NCBI RefSeq assembly: GCF_009914755.1
Contig: NC_060932.1
Direction: 5' to 3' (one strand)
Origin: the human T2T-CHM13v2.0 reference genome, Homo sapiens
DNA: 64,000 bases
Below, piece by piece: positions 1 to 16,855 of this stretch (position 1 is its first letter; each line of letters starts with the position of its first letter). Position numbers and translations under genes: made by a program. The notes below the pieces were generated by a model. The model did not search any database. It was not told where the DNA came from and was given only the letters and a program-made list of their open reading frames with translations.

Positions 1-230
1 AAGTAAGTTTTACTTCTGTTAGTTCACATTTATGTTAACAGTAATTAACTTTAATAATTAAATATATATTAAATTCATAAAATAATTTATAATTATTTGT
101 GTTTGTATTAAATTTATTTTTGTTGATGTTATATTTATGATTCTCCTTGCTAATTAAATTCTTATGAATTTTTAGGAATTGGATTCAATTTCTTAAGTGT
201 TTTATATAAAGTGATACTCTATCTTTAACC

Positions 231-630
231 TGTATTATTGGCCAATGCACCCATCAGCTTATTCCAGAAATGTCAACTGATGATTGGTCAAAGCTGAGCT
301 CCTCATAGGGCACTATTCTTCCCTTCAGGGAATTTCCTCATCTGAAGTCTCACCCATCCCAAGAGATGGCTCGCAGCCAATGACTGGTTAATGAGAGATA
401 AAAAGTCATAATCTCTTTGCCTCAATTGTGCATAGTTGTGAAGTGTGTTTCCAGCTTCATATATCTTAGTAGGATATGCTGAGTACTAAATTACAACAAC
501 ATGCTAGTCAGCTTTTTCTTCTGCCCAGTTCTACTTTCATCATTTCTTTACAGGCATTCTTCTCAAAACACTCCCCAGTAAAACTTTTTGTGTGCATCTC
601 TCTCTCTGTTACCAGGAAATACATCTTAGC
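231..630 (+). mobile_element. LTR16-family (ERVL) LTR, old and diverged
   Basis: Diagnostic stretches CAGCCAATGACTGG...TTGCCTCAA...CACTCCCCAGTAAAAC resemble the LTR16 consensus as I recall it. Directly followed by ERVL-internal-like sequence. Boundaries approximate. Confidence 0.6.
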
Positions 631-797
631 ATCAAAAGTGACTCCAGGAGGAAAAGACCCTATAGTAGGATTTTGGAGACAGGTTCCTTGCTGGGGGCAA
701 AGAGGGTCCCATAACTGATTATAGATAGACTACTGATAGTCCTTGTCAAGCTGTAGAAGCACAGTTGTTAAACATTTATTAGCAAAAGAGAAAACAG

Positions 798-1105
798 GGC
801 CAGGCATGGTGAACCATGACTGTATTCCAAGCACTTCGGGAAGCCAGGGTGGAAGGATTGCTTGAGTACAGGAGTTTGAGACCAGCCTGGGCAACATGGC
901 AAGACCAATTTCTACAAAAAATATAAAAATTATCCGGGCATGATGGCACATCCCTGCAGTCCTAACTACTCAGAAGCCTGAGGTAGGAGGATTGCTTGAG
1001 CCCCAGTGATTGAGGCTGCAGTGAGCCATGATCATGACACTGCCCTCCAGTGTCTTGCTGAGCAACATAGAAAGACCCTGTCTCAAAAAAAAAAAAAAAA
1101 AAAAA
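798..1105 (+). mobile_element. Alu (AluJ-like)
   Basis: Dimeric Alu with GGATTGCTTGAG in both arms and an A-tail at 1085-1105. TSD-like AAAAGAGAAAACA / AAAAGTGAAAACA. Confidence 0.95.
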
Positions 1106-1558
1106 GTGAAAACACTTGGTTATGCAGTAACTTTCATGTCTAGGAGGTGTCAATAACATGGTAACTCTAAGGACAATGGAATTGGTGTGTGTAGTTGACT
1201 CATTAAAGAGAGGCAATGAAAGACTGAACATAATGAGTCACAAATTCAAGACAAAATGTTAAAGCTGAAGACCTTCCTTGTAAACTACTAGAAAACTAAT
1301 TTCCTATAAGCAGAGGACAGAAAGATCAAGGGACTAGGCTTAGGAGGTAACAGAAAAAATAATAATTCTTCAGAGAATGTTGAATTTTCAGCCTCTGCAG
1401 GTTTCCTATGTCAAGGTAAGAGCAACAACATGGAATGAAAGGGATTGTAAGACTTGGGATTAAAATTTGAGTAGATGTAGATGAGAAACTTGAACTCTTA
1501 GATTATACAGAACACACTAGGCCTGCAATGTAGATAACTCACCCTTGTGAAGAGATAA

Positions 1559-3591
<2,033 letters not shown>

Positions 3592-3702
3592 ATAATACCT
3601 TGCTAACAGAAAAGATTAAATTTTAAAACAACCAGAATGAGGATGTTCTAGGCTTTCTAAGGAATGAGAGGGATTATATGGCCAAGAAACTGTAGAATCC
3701 CT

Positions 3703-3782
3703 AATCATAATAAATATTATATATTATAATAATATTAATAATAAATAATATATAGTAATAATAAATAATAAATCTCTAATAA
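3703..3782. repeat. AT-rich low-complexity (TAA-type) repeat
   Basis: Imperfect AATAAT/TAATAA reiteration. Confidence 0.8.
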
Positions 3783-4434
3783 GGAACATCCATGAAACTG
3801 GTTTCAATGAAGTGGGAAAGGGTAAGAAAAACTTCAGGTAAGGGATAGTTGATAGATATGGGAGCATTCACCAGTGATACGGGACTTAGCAGCCCAGAAA
3901 GGATTCCAAGAGACAGTGTTAACATATTTACAGAATGGTTATTGATAAACAATGGTGTACATTATGTGAACTAGCAATTTTAGAACAATCATGGTGAAGT
4001 GGACATAATGCTGTGGATATATTATGTAAGATCCGTATCTAACTGTGTACCACAGATAGACTTGGAAGATTCTCTGTTTACCAAAGTGATTAGAAATGCT
4101 CCGGTAAAAACAGCACCAGGAACATGAAATTCAGTGGTAACTTTTCTCTTTAACTTAGAGCTTATGATAGAAAAAGCTATACAGACTTTGATAGCAATGG
4201 CAATAATATTTCATTCGAAGCCAGATTGTGTTGAAATGGCAAAAGTATGGTGAGTCTAATTATTGCAACAAGTGTAAAATCAAAGTCATTGTCAGAGGGG
4301 CCCAGGATGCAGGAAGCAGTGAGGTGGTAGGTAACAGGATGAGGTTTTTCTAGAGGTAGGAAAGGCTGCAATGATTACATTGCTTCATTTAAACAATTTA
4401 AATAACTTAAGGATGGATGATCAGTTATCAAGGG

Positions 4435-4735
4435 GGCTGGGTGCAGTGGCTCACGCCTGCAATCCCAGCACTTTGGGAGGTTGAGGTAGGCAGATCACTT
4501 GAGTTCAGGAGTCTGAGACCAGCCTGGCCAACATGGTGAAACTCCATCTCTACTAAAAATACAAAAAAAATAGCTGGACGTGGTGGCGGGCATCTGTAAT
4601 CCCAGCTTTGGGAGGCTAAATCAGGAGAATCACTTGAACCTGGGAGGGGGAGGTGGCAGTGAGCCAAGATCATGCCACTGCACTACAGCCTGTGAGATAG
4701 AGAGAGACTATCTCAAAACAACAATGACAACAAAA
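4435..4735 (+). mobile_element. Alu (AluS-like)
   Basis: GGCTGGGTGCAGTGGCTCACGCC start, both arms present, degenerate CAA-rich tail. Confidence 0.95.
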
Positions 4736-5522
4736 TGGTCAAGAGGATGAGGGCATCTTATAGATAATTGTTTTCTCATATTTTACCTGTTTTTTAAAAT
4801 TCCTTCTGTTTTCAAACACACACACATGCAAATACACATAATTTTATATTTCTAGCTTCTCTTGAGTAAAGTTGTCAAGTTGTATTTCAATAATTTGATA
4901 AAATGTTAATTCCTCACACTTGGGTGCTTTATATTCTTCTGTAAGTACAAAAATGTATTTCATGGCCCTAGTAATAAATTGTTTTAAATGATCTAGCATC
5001 CATTAGCATAAATACTTGAGCCTTCATTGGATGTATAATGAAAAACATAGATGGCCTGAGTTCAAAGTCATACTATAGTTACTATCTCTTTCTGTTACTA
5101 GTAATTAAAAAAAGTTTTTCTTGGATTATCAGCTACTTGTCAGTTTATTTGCCTTTTATAAATCCAGAACTCTTACCACCCTTTACCAATCATTTGTCTC
5201 AGTCTTTCTTTCGTTCACTCAACATTCATCTTTAACCATATGCTATAATCTCAAAAATGCAATAGATATTGGGACCATAATTAAAAAAAAAGACACATTA
5301 CCTAATGTTAATTTGAAACAATCAAAGTTGTTAGAGGGAATTTGAAAGAAATATAGTAACAACATAAAAGAAAAATTATTTACCACTTTTGCTATGGCAT
5401 TATCTATTATATATAAATATGACTATTGATATATAAAGAAAGGGCCCACAGTAGAAATATATAGAAATATATATTTAATTTTATTCCATTATTTTACTTG
5501 TATGGGAAAAACGTTTTAATAT

Positions 5523-5886
5523 AGACAGTCCTCAATTTACAGTGGTTCAATTGTCATTGCTCAATTTTATGATGATACAAAAGCAATAGTCATTCAGTAG
5601 AAACTGAACTTTGGGTACCTGCACAAGTATACTGATTTTTACTATTAATACAATATTTAATAAATTTCACAAGCTGTTCAACACTTCGTTATAAAATAGG
5701 CTTTGTATTAGAAGACTTTTTCTAACCACAGGCTAATGTAAGTATTCTGAGCACATTTAAGGTAAGCTAGGCTAAACTATGATATTTGGTAGGTTAAATG
5801 TATTAAATGCTTTTTCAACTTAGACATTTTTAACTTACTATAGGTTTTTAGGGATGCTACCCTATCATATGTCAAGGAGCATCTCT
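5523..5886 (-). mobile_element. MER47A (TcMar-Tigger non-autonomous DNA transposon)
   Basis: ~365 bp resembling the reverse complement of MER47A (GGCTAATGTAAGTATTCTGAGCACATTTAAGGTAAGCTAGGCTAA), with degenerate terminal inverted repeats and TA flanks. Confidence 0.8.
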
Positions 5887-6447
5887 ATAGACAGTAACTG
5901 AGGAAGTAAGATTTAAGCTTTTAATGACTCCCAGACTAGTTTAGGTACTAGTGTCCTTCAGCACATTGCACCTGTAGTTGTTATGGTGCATATAATTCCA
6001 TGCTTGAAATAATTTTTTAAATTGAATATCTTTCCAAAAAGAAAGATATTTGATTGAGTTAGAACAAATTGATTATAACTCGATTTTCAACTAATAAAAT
6101 CAATTTATCAGCACTGCTGCTGGCTGATTTACATGTATATGACGATTAGACATTAAAAAAATTATTTTAAAGATTTTCTATTACTTTATTAGAAGCAATA
6201 TTTAGCCATAATAAAACTAGAGGTAATTAGAATATTTTCTATGATCCAAATATCTTATAGATTCAAATATTTTATAGCATATGGACTTACCTCTTTATAT
6301 ATTTACATCCACATATGTAATTATTGCTTTATGAAATATTCCAGCATTAAACTATGCATATGTTGTTTGCCCTCTTTCAATGTTGTCTGCTTTTGCCACT
6401 TTACAGAAGTAACCTAATTCATGGTTTCTGAATTTCCTCTTCCTCTC

Positions 6448-6779
6448 TGCTATGATTTGAAAGTGTACTCTCAAAAATTTAGGCCCTGCTAATATTATAG
6501 TATTAGCAGGTGAGGGCTTTCAGAGGTAATTAGGCCATGAATGCCACTCCCTTGTTGATAGGATTATGGCCCTTTTAAAAGAAGCTTCATGTAACCTTCT
6601 GCTAGCTTACTCTTCTGACTTGTCATATGAGGTCACAGCAAAAAGGCTCTCACTAGGCTAAATGCCACCACCTTGATCCGGACTTCTCAGCCTCTAGAAT
6701 TTTAAGAAATAAATTTCTATTCTTTATAATAATTACTGAATCTCAAGGTTTTGCTGTAGCAGTAAAAAGTACAGAAACA
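6448..6779 (+). mobile_element. MaLR solo LTR (MSTD/MLT1A-like)
   Basis: TGCTATG start, ACCTTGATC..GACTTCTCAGCCTCTAGAA..GAAATAAATTTCT motif, ends in ACA. Confidence 0.8.
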
Positions 6780-6899
6780 TACAAAGAAGAAACTCTACCG
6801 GTAGGACAACTCTTCTTGTCCCATGCATGTCTGTTCAACTGCCTAACCCAGTTCCTGGAGCAGCAGGTCCACAGTAGGGGATGAATACTTTTCTGTTTC

Positions 6900-7095
6900 A
6901 TTTTCTTTTTAATTGACAAATAATAATTTTATATTTTACGGTGTAAAATATGTTTTGATACACATATACATTGTGGAATGATCAAATAAGACTAATTAGC
7001 ATATTCATCACTTCAAAGTTTTATCATTTCTTTGTGTTGAGAACATTGAAAGTCCTCTCTTTTAGCTATTTTGAAATATACGATACGTTATTATT
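6900..7095 (-). mobile_element. L1MA-type 3' UTR fragment
   Basis: TTTTTAATTGACAAATAATAAT...TAGCTATTTTGAAATATAC, typical of the reverse complement of an L1MA 3' end. Confidence 0.75.
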
Positions 7096-7317
7096 TAAAA
7101 AAGACTCTCAGAAATTTCTGATGTTAGTTTTCTATAGACAAGTATAGCAGACACTTGACTGTCTCCCTGATGACTATGTCTCCTTTCTCTGATTTCGGAG
7201 CAGTAATATTTTCTGGCCTGCCCTGTTGTGGTGGTGGCTATGGAACACAGTTTTGAGCAATCAGATAGGAGTTTCTTGGTATGGCTCCCAAGGAGGCTCA
7301 TTAAAAGAGGGCATGGC

Positions 7318-7537
7318 CAGAGGTTTGCCATGAAACCAGCTATAACTGTCTCACAGGAACAATTTTTACCCATCATTTCACAACTCCACCTTTAGTAATA
7401 TCATGTTGAGTAGCTTAAATTCAGCCACAGTGGGAATATTTACACATGAACCAACAAATTCTGCAAATCAGAAACTATCTCCACCCTACCCCATCCTCAC
7501 CTCCTTTCCTAGAGATGGCTCACAAATACACCTCTGG
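7318..7537 (+). mobile_element. MER63-like hAT DNA transposon fossil
   Basis: CAACTCCAC..GTAGCTTAAATTCAGCCACAGTGGGAATATTTACAC core, with CAG...CTG termini. Confidence 0.6.
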
Positions 7538-8599
7538 ATCAAATTTACCACTTGCCTCTTGCCCTTCTCATTTTTCTTAGAATTCAAACAATGATATAGG
7601 AGGTAAAGTAAACACATGCGAGTGTCTAGTAACATAGGAAAACTACCATATTAGTTCTGGACTGCCTACTTTCAAACTTTCTTGTTACATGAGAAAGTTA
7701 AAACCCTTACTTTGTATGCGCCAGTGTCAGTATGCATGTTGCTACAATTAGATACCACTCTATCAAACACAATAGGAAAATTATGTGTTTTTTTACAAAT
7801 GATATGTGTTTCTTATAATGTCAGTTATTATTAATTCTAGTTTCATACATAATTATTATTTTGCACATAAATTCGTGGGTAAAAAGCATATCAACACATA
7901 ATTGGTGAGTTTTGATTGGTAGAACCCACTTTTTTGACAATATGAATGACTTGCATATGATCTAGTGATACTAATTTATTAAAGTGCAGGTTTCACATAA
8001 AGATTCTATCAAGGATTTGAGGATATAGAGGACATTTAAGGTACGTCATGGCAGAAGGTATTTCTCCAATTGAAATATTGAATAAAATTGATATTCCATT
8101 GTATAATATCATCTAACTCTAATTTTCTGGTACAACTACTCCCAACTTTGTACAAAAATTTACAAGAAGTCATGTAACAAATAAACAGCAAAAAAAGGTA
8201 TAACAGCACATCCCAACCTTTGACTTACAGTCAACCTGTTGCAGAAATCTGGAAGACATTTCCATTATTCATAAGAACAATGAATGAGTTAGAATGAGAA
8301 GCAAATCAGTTGTTCATTCAGAATATGCTGCTAAATGTAGAGCAAAGTGATTCATGTAAAAGACAGTAAAAAGTGCTAGGTTTCTCATATAATGTGTTTT
8401 AAAAACACAATTTCGTGTGTTATTCAGAGACCTGGTTCAGCAAAAAATAAAATAAAATACTAAATTATAATTTAGGAAAATAGCAACTATTTAATAACAT
8501 AACTAATATAGCTATATTCCAAGTTTGGCCTAGGAAAACTTCGTGTAATAGATAAGTCCATTCTGTCATTTGATTTGTAATGACAGTACACACTACATT

Positions 8600-8635
8600 G
8601 TGTGTATGTTTGTGTGTGTGTGTGTGTGTATGTGT
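8600..8635. repeat. (TG)n microsatellite
   Basis: Direct reading. Confidence 0.9.
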
Positions 8636-9601
8636 TTTTACCACCTTATTATATACTATTTTAGAAGATAATAAATACAAGTACCAGAAAGTTATTTCTA
8701 ATTAATCTCAATTCTAAATGGTTAATATATTTTAAAAAACAAAGCCATACAAATGAATTAGAAAAAGAAAAAAAAAACAAAGGAAGTAAAAAATAAATGT
8801 ACCTTAAAGACAGTTTATAATGGGTCTGGGCAAGATGACAACTACATGTAGCCAGGAAAGACCTCTACCACTGAAAGGAACCAAAATATCAAGTAAAGCA
8901 TCACATTTTAAACAAATCTTTTAAGAGAAAACACTGAAAGTCAATAGAGGGGTGATGCAGGCACCATAATTGAAAACGTAAGTCAGGAAACCTGCTCAGA
9001 TATGCTTGGTGCCCTATGAAAAACCTGCAGCCAACATCATACTGATGAAGCTGGAAGCATTCCGCCTAAGAGCTGGAACTAAACAAGGATGTTCACTCTC
9101 ACCACTCCTATTACATATGGTACTGGAAGTCCAAGTCAGAGTAATCAGGAAAGAGAAAGAAATGAAAGTTACTTAAATAGAAAAAAAGAAGTCAAATTGT
9201 CTCTCTTTGCTGATGATATGTTTCTCATTTTTTTCTTTCCACTTTTTAGGTTTGGAGGTACATGTGCAGGTTTGTTACATGGGTGAATTGCGTGTAGTTG
9301 GAGTTTGGCATGCAGATTATTTCATCATCCAGGTAATAAATATAGTGCCTAATAGGTAGTTTTTTGATCCTCATCACTTCCCATCCTCCACTCTCAAGTA
9401 GGTAACTGTGTCTATGGTTCTCTTCCTTGTATTCATGTGTACCCAGTATTTAGCTTCCACTTAAAGGTGATAAGACATGCTATTTGGTTTTCTGTTCCTG
9501 TGTTAATTCACTTAGGATAATGACCTCTAGCTCCATCTATGTTGCTCCAAAGAACAAGATCTCATTCTCTTTTATGTTCCATGGTGTATATGTACTACAT
9601 T

Positions 9602-10098
<497 letters not shown>

Positions 10099-11484
10099 AT
10101 GTACTACATTTTCTTTAGCCAATCCATCATTGATGGGGACCAAGGCTGATTCCATGTCTTTGCCATTGTAAATGGAGCTGTGATGAATATACACATGCAT
10201 GTGTCTTTATGATAAAACAATTAATATCCCTTTGGGTGTATATAAAGTAATGGGATTGCTGGGTTGAATGGTAGCTCTGTTTTAAGTTCTTTGAGAAATC
10301 TCCACACTGCTTTCAGCAGTGGCTAATCTAATTTATAGACCTACCAGAAGTGTATAAGCATTCCCTTTTGTCCACAACCTCACTACCGTATGTTATTTTT
10401 AGACTTTTAAGTAATAGCTCTTCTGACTGGTGCAAGATGGTATCTCATTTTGGTTTTGATTTCCATTTCTCTAATAATTACCGATGTTGAGCATTTTTTT
10501 ATATGCTTGTTGGCTGCATATAAGTATGTCTTCTTTTGAGAAGTGTCTGTTCATGTCCTTTGCCCGCTTTTTAATGGCTTTTTAATTTTTTTTGCTTGTT
10601 AAATTTGTTTAAGTTCCTTATAGCTACTAGATATTAGACCTTTGTTGGATGCTAGTTTACAAATATTTCTCCCTTTCTGTAGGTCGTGTTTTCACTCTGT
10701 TGATAATTTATTTTGCTGTGCAGATGCTCTTTAGTATAATTAGGTTCTATTTGTCAATTGTTGTTGTTGTTGTTACAATTGGTTTTGGTGTCTTCGTCAT
10801 GAAATCTTTGCCAGGGCCTATGTCCACAATGATATTTCATAGGTTTTCTGCTAGAGTTATTATTGTTTTTGGTTTTATGTGTAATTATTTAATTCATCTT
10901 GAGTTGATATTTGTATATAGTAAAAGGAAGTGGTTTAATTTCAATCTTCTGGTTATGGCTAGTGAGTTATTGAAGCAATATTTATTGAATAGGGAGTCCC
11001 CTTCCCAGTTGCTTTTTTTTAATTGACTTTGTTGAAGATCAGATGGCTGTAGATGTGTGGCTTTATTTCTAAGTTCTCTAACTTGATCCATTGGTATATG
11101 TGTCTGTTGTACCAGTACCATGCTGTTTTGGTTACTATTGCCTTGTAGTAGAGTTTGAAGTTGGGTAGTGTGGTGCTCTGACTTTGCTCTCTTTGCTTAT
11201 GATTGCTTTAGCTATTTGGGCCCCTGTCTGTTTCCACATGAATTTTAGAATAGTTGTTTTTTAATTCTATGAAAAGTGTCATTGGTAATTTGACAGGAAT
11301 AGCATTGAATCTGTAAATTGCTTTGGGCATTATGGCCATTTTAATGATATTGGTTCTTTCTATCCATGATCATGGAATGTTTTCCCATTTGTTTGTGTCA
11401 TCTTTGATTTCTATGAGCAGTGTTTTGTAATTCTTGTTGTAGAGAACTTTCACATACTTGGTTAAATGTATTCCTAGGTATCTC

Positions 11485-11487
<3 letters not shown>

Positions 11488-11515
<28 letters not shown>
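11488..11515. repeat. (TG)n microsatellite within L1
   Basis: Direct reading. Confidence 0.95.
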
Positions 11516-11516
<1 letters not shown>

Positions 11517-14500
11517 GTGAGTGGGGTGGCATTCTTGATTTAGCTCTCAGTTTGAATGTTATTGTTGTATAGATGTGCTACTTACATTTGTACATTGATT
11601 TTTGTATACTGAAGCTTTACTGAAGTCATCTACCAGTTCTAGGATTTTTTTAAAGGCATCTTTGGAGTTTTCGAGGTATAGAATCATAACATATCTCATA
11701 TTTGGGTGCCTTTATTTCTTTCCCTTGCCTGATTGCTCTGGCTAGAACTTCTAGTACTATATTGAATTGGAGTGGTTTGAGTGGACATCTTTGTCTTGTC
11801 CTGAGTTTCAGTAAGAATGCTTCCAGCTTTTGTCCATTGAGAATGATATTGGCTATGGGTTTGTAATAAACGGTTATTATTTTGATGATGTATGTTCTTT
11901 CTATGACTAATTTTTGAGATTTTTTTCACATGAAGGGGATATTGAATTTCATTGAAAGCCTTTTCTGCATCTGTTGAGATGATCATTTGGATTTTGTTTT
12001 AGTTACATTTATGTGATTAATCATATTTATTGATTTGTGTATGTTGAAACAACCTTGCATCCTAGAGATAACTCCTACTTGGTTATGGTGCATTAGCTTT
12101 TCGATGTCTTCCTGGATTTGGTTTTCTAGTATTGTGTGGAGGATTTTTGCATCTATGTTTATGAAGGATATTAGCCTGAAAGTTTTCTTTTTAGGTTGTG
12201 TCTCTGCCAGGTTTTGATATTAGATCCATGCTGGCCTCATAGAATAAGTTAGGGAAGAGTCACCCTTATTTATTTACTTTTTTTGGGATATTTTCAGTAG
12301 GATTGATAACAAGTCTTCTTTTTACATCTGGTAGAATTTGTCTGAGAATTCATATGGTCCAGGGCTTTTTATGGTTGGTAGGCTTTTTGTTACCAATTCA
12401 TTATTGGTATCTTCAGAGTTTTAATTTCTTCCTGGTTCAGTCTTGGGACGTTGTACATTTACAGGAATTTATTAATTTCTTGTAAGTTCTCTAGTTTGTG
12501 TTCATAGAGGTGTTCATAACAGTCTCTGAGGGTATCTATTTTTTAATTTCTGTGGCTTCAGTGGTAATGTCCCCTTTTTCATTTCTGATTTTGTTTATCT
12601 GGATCTTCTCTCTTTTTATTAGTCTAGCTAGTGGTCTATTAATCTTATTAATTCTTTGAAACAACCAACTTTCAGTTTCTTGATCTTTTGTATGGTTTTC
12701 ATATATCAGTTTCATCCAGTCCAGCTTCGATTTTGTTTATTTTATTTCTTCTGCTAGCTTTGTGGTTGATTTGTTCTTGTTTTTCTGGTTCTTCTAGGTG
12801 TGATGTTATGTTGTTGATTTGAGAAATTTCTAACTTTTTGATCAGGGTGTTTTGCTCTATAAACGTTAGTTTTAAAACTGTTTTATAAGTGTCCCAGTGA
12901 TTCTGGTATGTCATATCTTTGTTTTCATTTGTTTCAAATAAATTCTTGGTTTCTGCCTTAATGTCATTGTTTACACTGTAGGCATTTTTGAGCAGGTTGT
13001 TTAATTTTAATGCAATTGTATGTTTTGAGAGATCTTCTTAGCATTGAATTCTATTTTTATTACCCTGTGGTTCAAGAAGGGTTTGGTATGATTTCAGTTT
13101 TTTTTAATTTATTGAGAGTTGTTTTATATCCAAGCATGTGGCCAATTTTAGAATATGTGCCATATGTAGATGAAAATAATGTATATTCTCTTGTTGTGGG
13201 GTGGAGTGTTCTGTATATTCCTGTTAGGCTAATTTAGTCAAGTGTCAAGTCAAATCCCAAATATCTTTGCTGATTTTTTGTGTCCTCAGTGATCTGTCTA
13301 ATACTGTCAGTGAGTTGTTGAAATCTCCCAGTATTATTTCGTGAGAGTCTAAGTCTCTTTGTAGGTCTCTAAGAACTTGTTTTATTAATTGAGGTGCTCC
13401 AATGTTGAGTGAATATATATTTAGGATAGTTAAATCCTCTTGTTGAATTGCACTATTTATCATTATGTAATGTCCATCTTTCTCTTTTTTGATAGTTGCT
13501 GGTTTAAAGTCTGTTTTGTCTGAATTTAGAATAGCAATCCATGCTCTTTTGTGTTTTCTGTCTTCTAGGTAGCTTTTTCTCCACCTCTTTGCTTTGAACT
13601 AATGGGCGTCAGCACTAGTGTAAGATGGGTCTCTTGAAAACAGCATACAGTTGGTTTGTGCTTCTTTATTCAACTTGCCACTCTGTGCCTTTTAAGTGGG
13701 GTGTTTACACCGTTTATATTCAACATTACTATGCATATGTGCTGATTTGACCCTGTCATCAAGTTGTTAACTGGTCCTTATGAATAATTTATTATGTAGT
13801 TACTTAATAGTGTCAGTTGTGTATGAACTTAAGTGTGCTTTTGTGGTATACAGTAAGTCTTTTATTTCCAAGTTTAGCACTACTTAAGGCAAGTGTGATC
13901 ATAACACAGTTACTTAACATTTGCTTGTCTGAAAAGGATCTTATTTCTCCTTCATTTATGAAGCTTACTTTGTCTGGATATGTAACTTCTGGTTGAAATT
14001 TCTTTTCTTTACAAACATTGAATATAGTCCCATAGTCTCTTCTGGCTTGTAGGGTTTCTGCTGAAAGGGCTGCTGTTAGGAGTTCCTATTGTAGGTAACC
14101 TGTCTTTTCTCCCTAACTGCCTTTAATCTTTTTTCTTTTATATTGACCTTGGAGAATCTGAGGACTATGAGTCTTGGTGATGACCATCTTATAGAGTATC
14201 TCACAAGGGTTGTCTTAATTTCTTGAATTTGAATGTGAACCTCTCTACTGAGGTTGGGGACATTTTCATGGACAGTATCCTCAAATATGTTTTCCATGCT
14301 GCAAGTTCTCTCCTCATCTCTTTCAGTGATGCCAATGAGTCATGGGTTTGCTTTCTTTACATAATCTCATATTTCTTGAAGATTTTGTTCATTATTTTTC
14401 TTTATTTTTTTCTGACTGAATTGATTCAAAGAACTTGTTTTTGAGCTCTGAGATTATTTGCTCAATTTGATCTATTCTGCTGTTACTACTTCTGATTTTA

Positions 14501-16855
14501 TTATGAAATTTTTTTAGTGAGTTTTTCAGGCTCTATCAGATAAGTATGATTCTTTCTTAAGATGGTCATTTTGTTTTTCAGCTCTTATATCATCTTATTG
14601 GATTTCTTAGATTCCTTGGATTGAGTTTTGAATTTCTCTTGAATCTTGATAATTTTCACTGCTATCAAGATTCTGAATTCTGTGTCTGTCATTTCAACCA
14701 TTTCAGTCTGGTTAAGAATAATTGAAGGGGAGCTAATGTGGTTGTTTGGAGGTAAGAGGACACATTGGCTTTTTGAGTTGCCAGGGCTCTTGCACTGGTT
14801 CTTTTGTATCTATGTGGACTTATATTTATTTAATCTTTGAAACTGCTGTCCATTGGGTGGGTTTTCTCTTGTTTTAGTTTTTATACTTTTTGATGCCCCT
14901 GAGTGTTTGACTGTGGTGTAAGGTGGGTTCAGTCATCTGGTCCACTTCTGGAATATTTTGGTGGGTTACAGTGCTGGTAATATAATTTTATACACAGAAA
15001 ACACTAAAGAATGCATTAAAATGCTCCTGGATCTCATAAATGACTTCAGCAAACTTTTAGGATGCAAAACCAATATGCAGTAATCAATAGGATGTCTATA
15101 CATCAATACTATTCAAGCTTAGAGGCAAACAAACAATGCAACATATTTACAATAGCCACAGGATAAAATAAAGTACCTAGGAAAACATCTAACCAAGGAG
15201 GTTAAAGATCTCTAGAAGGAGAACCATAAAACACTGTTGAAATAAATCAAAGATGACACAAACAAATGGAAAAATATTCCATACTTATGGATTCAAAGAA
15301 TCAACATTGTTAACATGTCCATACTACCCAGAGCAATTTACAGATTCGTGGCTATTCCTATCAAATTACCACTGTAGTTTTTTTTTACAGAATTAGAACA
15401 AAAACTATTCTAAAATTCATATGAACCAAGAACGTGCCCAAATAAATAGCCAAAGCCTTCTTAAACACAAGGAACAAAGACAGAGGCATCACATTACTTG
15501 ACTTCAAACTATACTACGAGGATACAGTAACAAAACACCATAGTGGTGATATGAAGATAAACACATGGGTCAATGGAACAGAATACAGAAACTAGCAATA
15601 AAACAGCTTACCTACAACCAACTGATCTTCACCAAGTTTAACAAAAATTAGCAATGGGGAAAGGACTCCCTATTCAGTAAATGGGGTTGAGAAAACTGGC
15701 TAAGCATATGCAGAAGAATAAATCTGGATCACTGCCTAATACCATATACAAAAATTAACATAAGATGAATTACAGACTAAATATAAGACCTCAAATTACA
15801 AGAATCCTCGAAGAAAACCTAGGAAATACGCTTCTGGACATTAGCATTGATAAAACATTTATGATCAAGTCTGTAAAAGCAAATGCAACAAAAATGAAAA
15901 TTGATAAGTAGAGTGTAATTAAACTAAAGAGCTTCTGCACAGTAAAACAACTATCAAGAAAGTAAACAGAGAATCTCCAGAATAGGAGAAATTAGTTTCA
16001 ATCTATGCATCCAACAAACATCTAATATCCAGAGTCTGTAAAAATTTATGCTATTCAGCCAGTTGAAAACAACCCCATTAAAAAGTGGGCAAAGGACACG
16101 AACAAATACTTCTCAAAGAAGACCTACAAGTTGCCAACAAACATGAAAAATGCTCAACATAGTTAATCATTAGAGAAATGCATATCAAAAAGTCAATGGG
16201 ATACCATCTCATACCAGTCAGAATGGTTATTATTAAAAAGTCCAAATTGCAGGTGTTGTTAAGGTTGCAAAGAAATGGGAATGCGTATATATTGTTAGAG
16301 GAAATGTAAATTTGTTCAACCACTGTGGAAAGTAGTTTGGAGATTTTTCAAATAATTAAAAGTATTACTACCATTCAACCCAATAATCCCACTACTGGGT
16401 GTGTAACTAGAAAAAAAAGTCATTCTACCAAAAAGATACATGCACTCATATGTTTATCACAGCAGTATTCACAATAGCAATGATATGGAATCAACCTGGG
16501 TGCCCAGCAATGATGAATTGGATAAAGAAACTGTGGTAGATATATACCATGGAATACTATACAGTCATAAAAAGGAATGAAATTCTGTCCTTTGCAGCAG
16601 CACTGATGCAGCTGGACACTGTTATCCTGAGCACATTTATGCAGAAACAGAAAAGGAAATATCATGAGTTCTCACTTATAAGTAGGTGCTAAATATTGGT
16701 ATATAAAGTGGACATAAAGTTGGGAATAGTAGATACTGAGGATTCTAAGAGGTGGGAGGGAGACAGTGGGATAAGAGGTAAAAAACTCCTAATGGGTACT
16801 ATGCTTACTTCTTGGTTGACAGGATCATTTGTGCCTCAGCATCACACAGTATACC

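Noticed and set aside
14900-14971. Idea that the orphan 5'UTR at 44610-45921 is the displaced 5' end of the L1 at 9220-14971
   Set aside because: That L1 has its own TSD at 14972-14983, consistent with simple 5' truncation at insertion.
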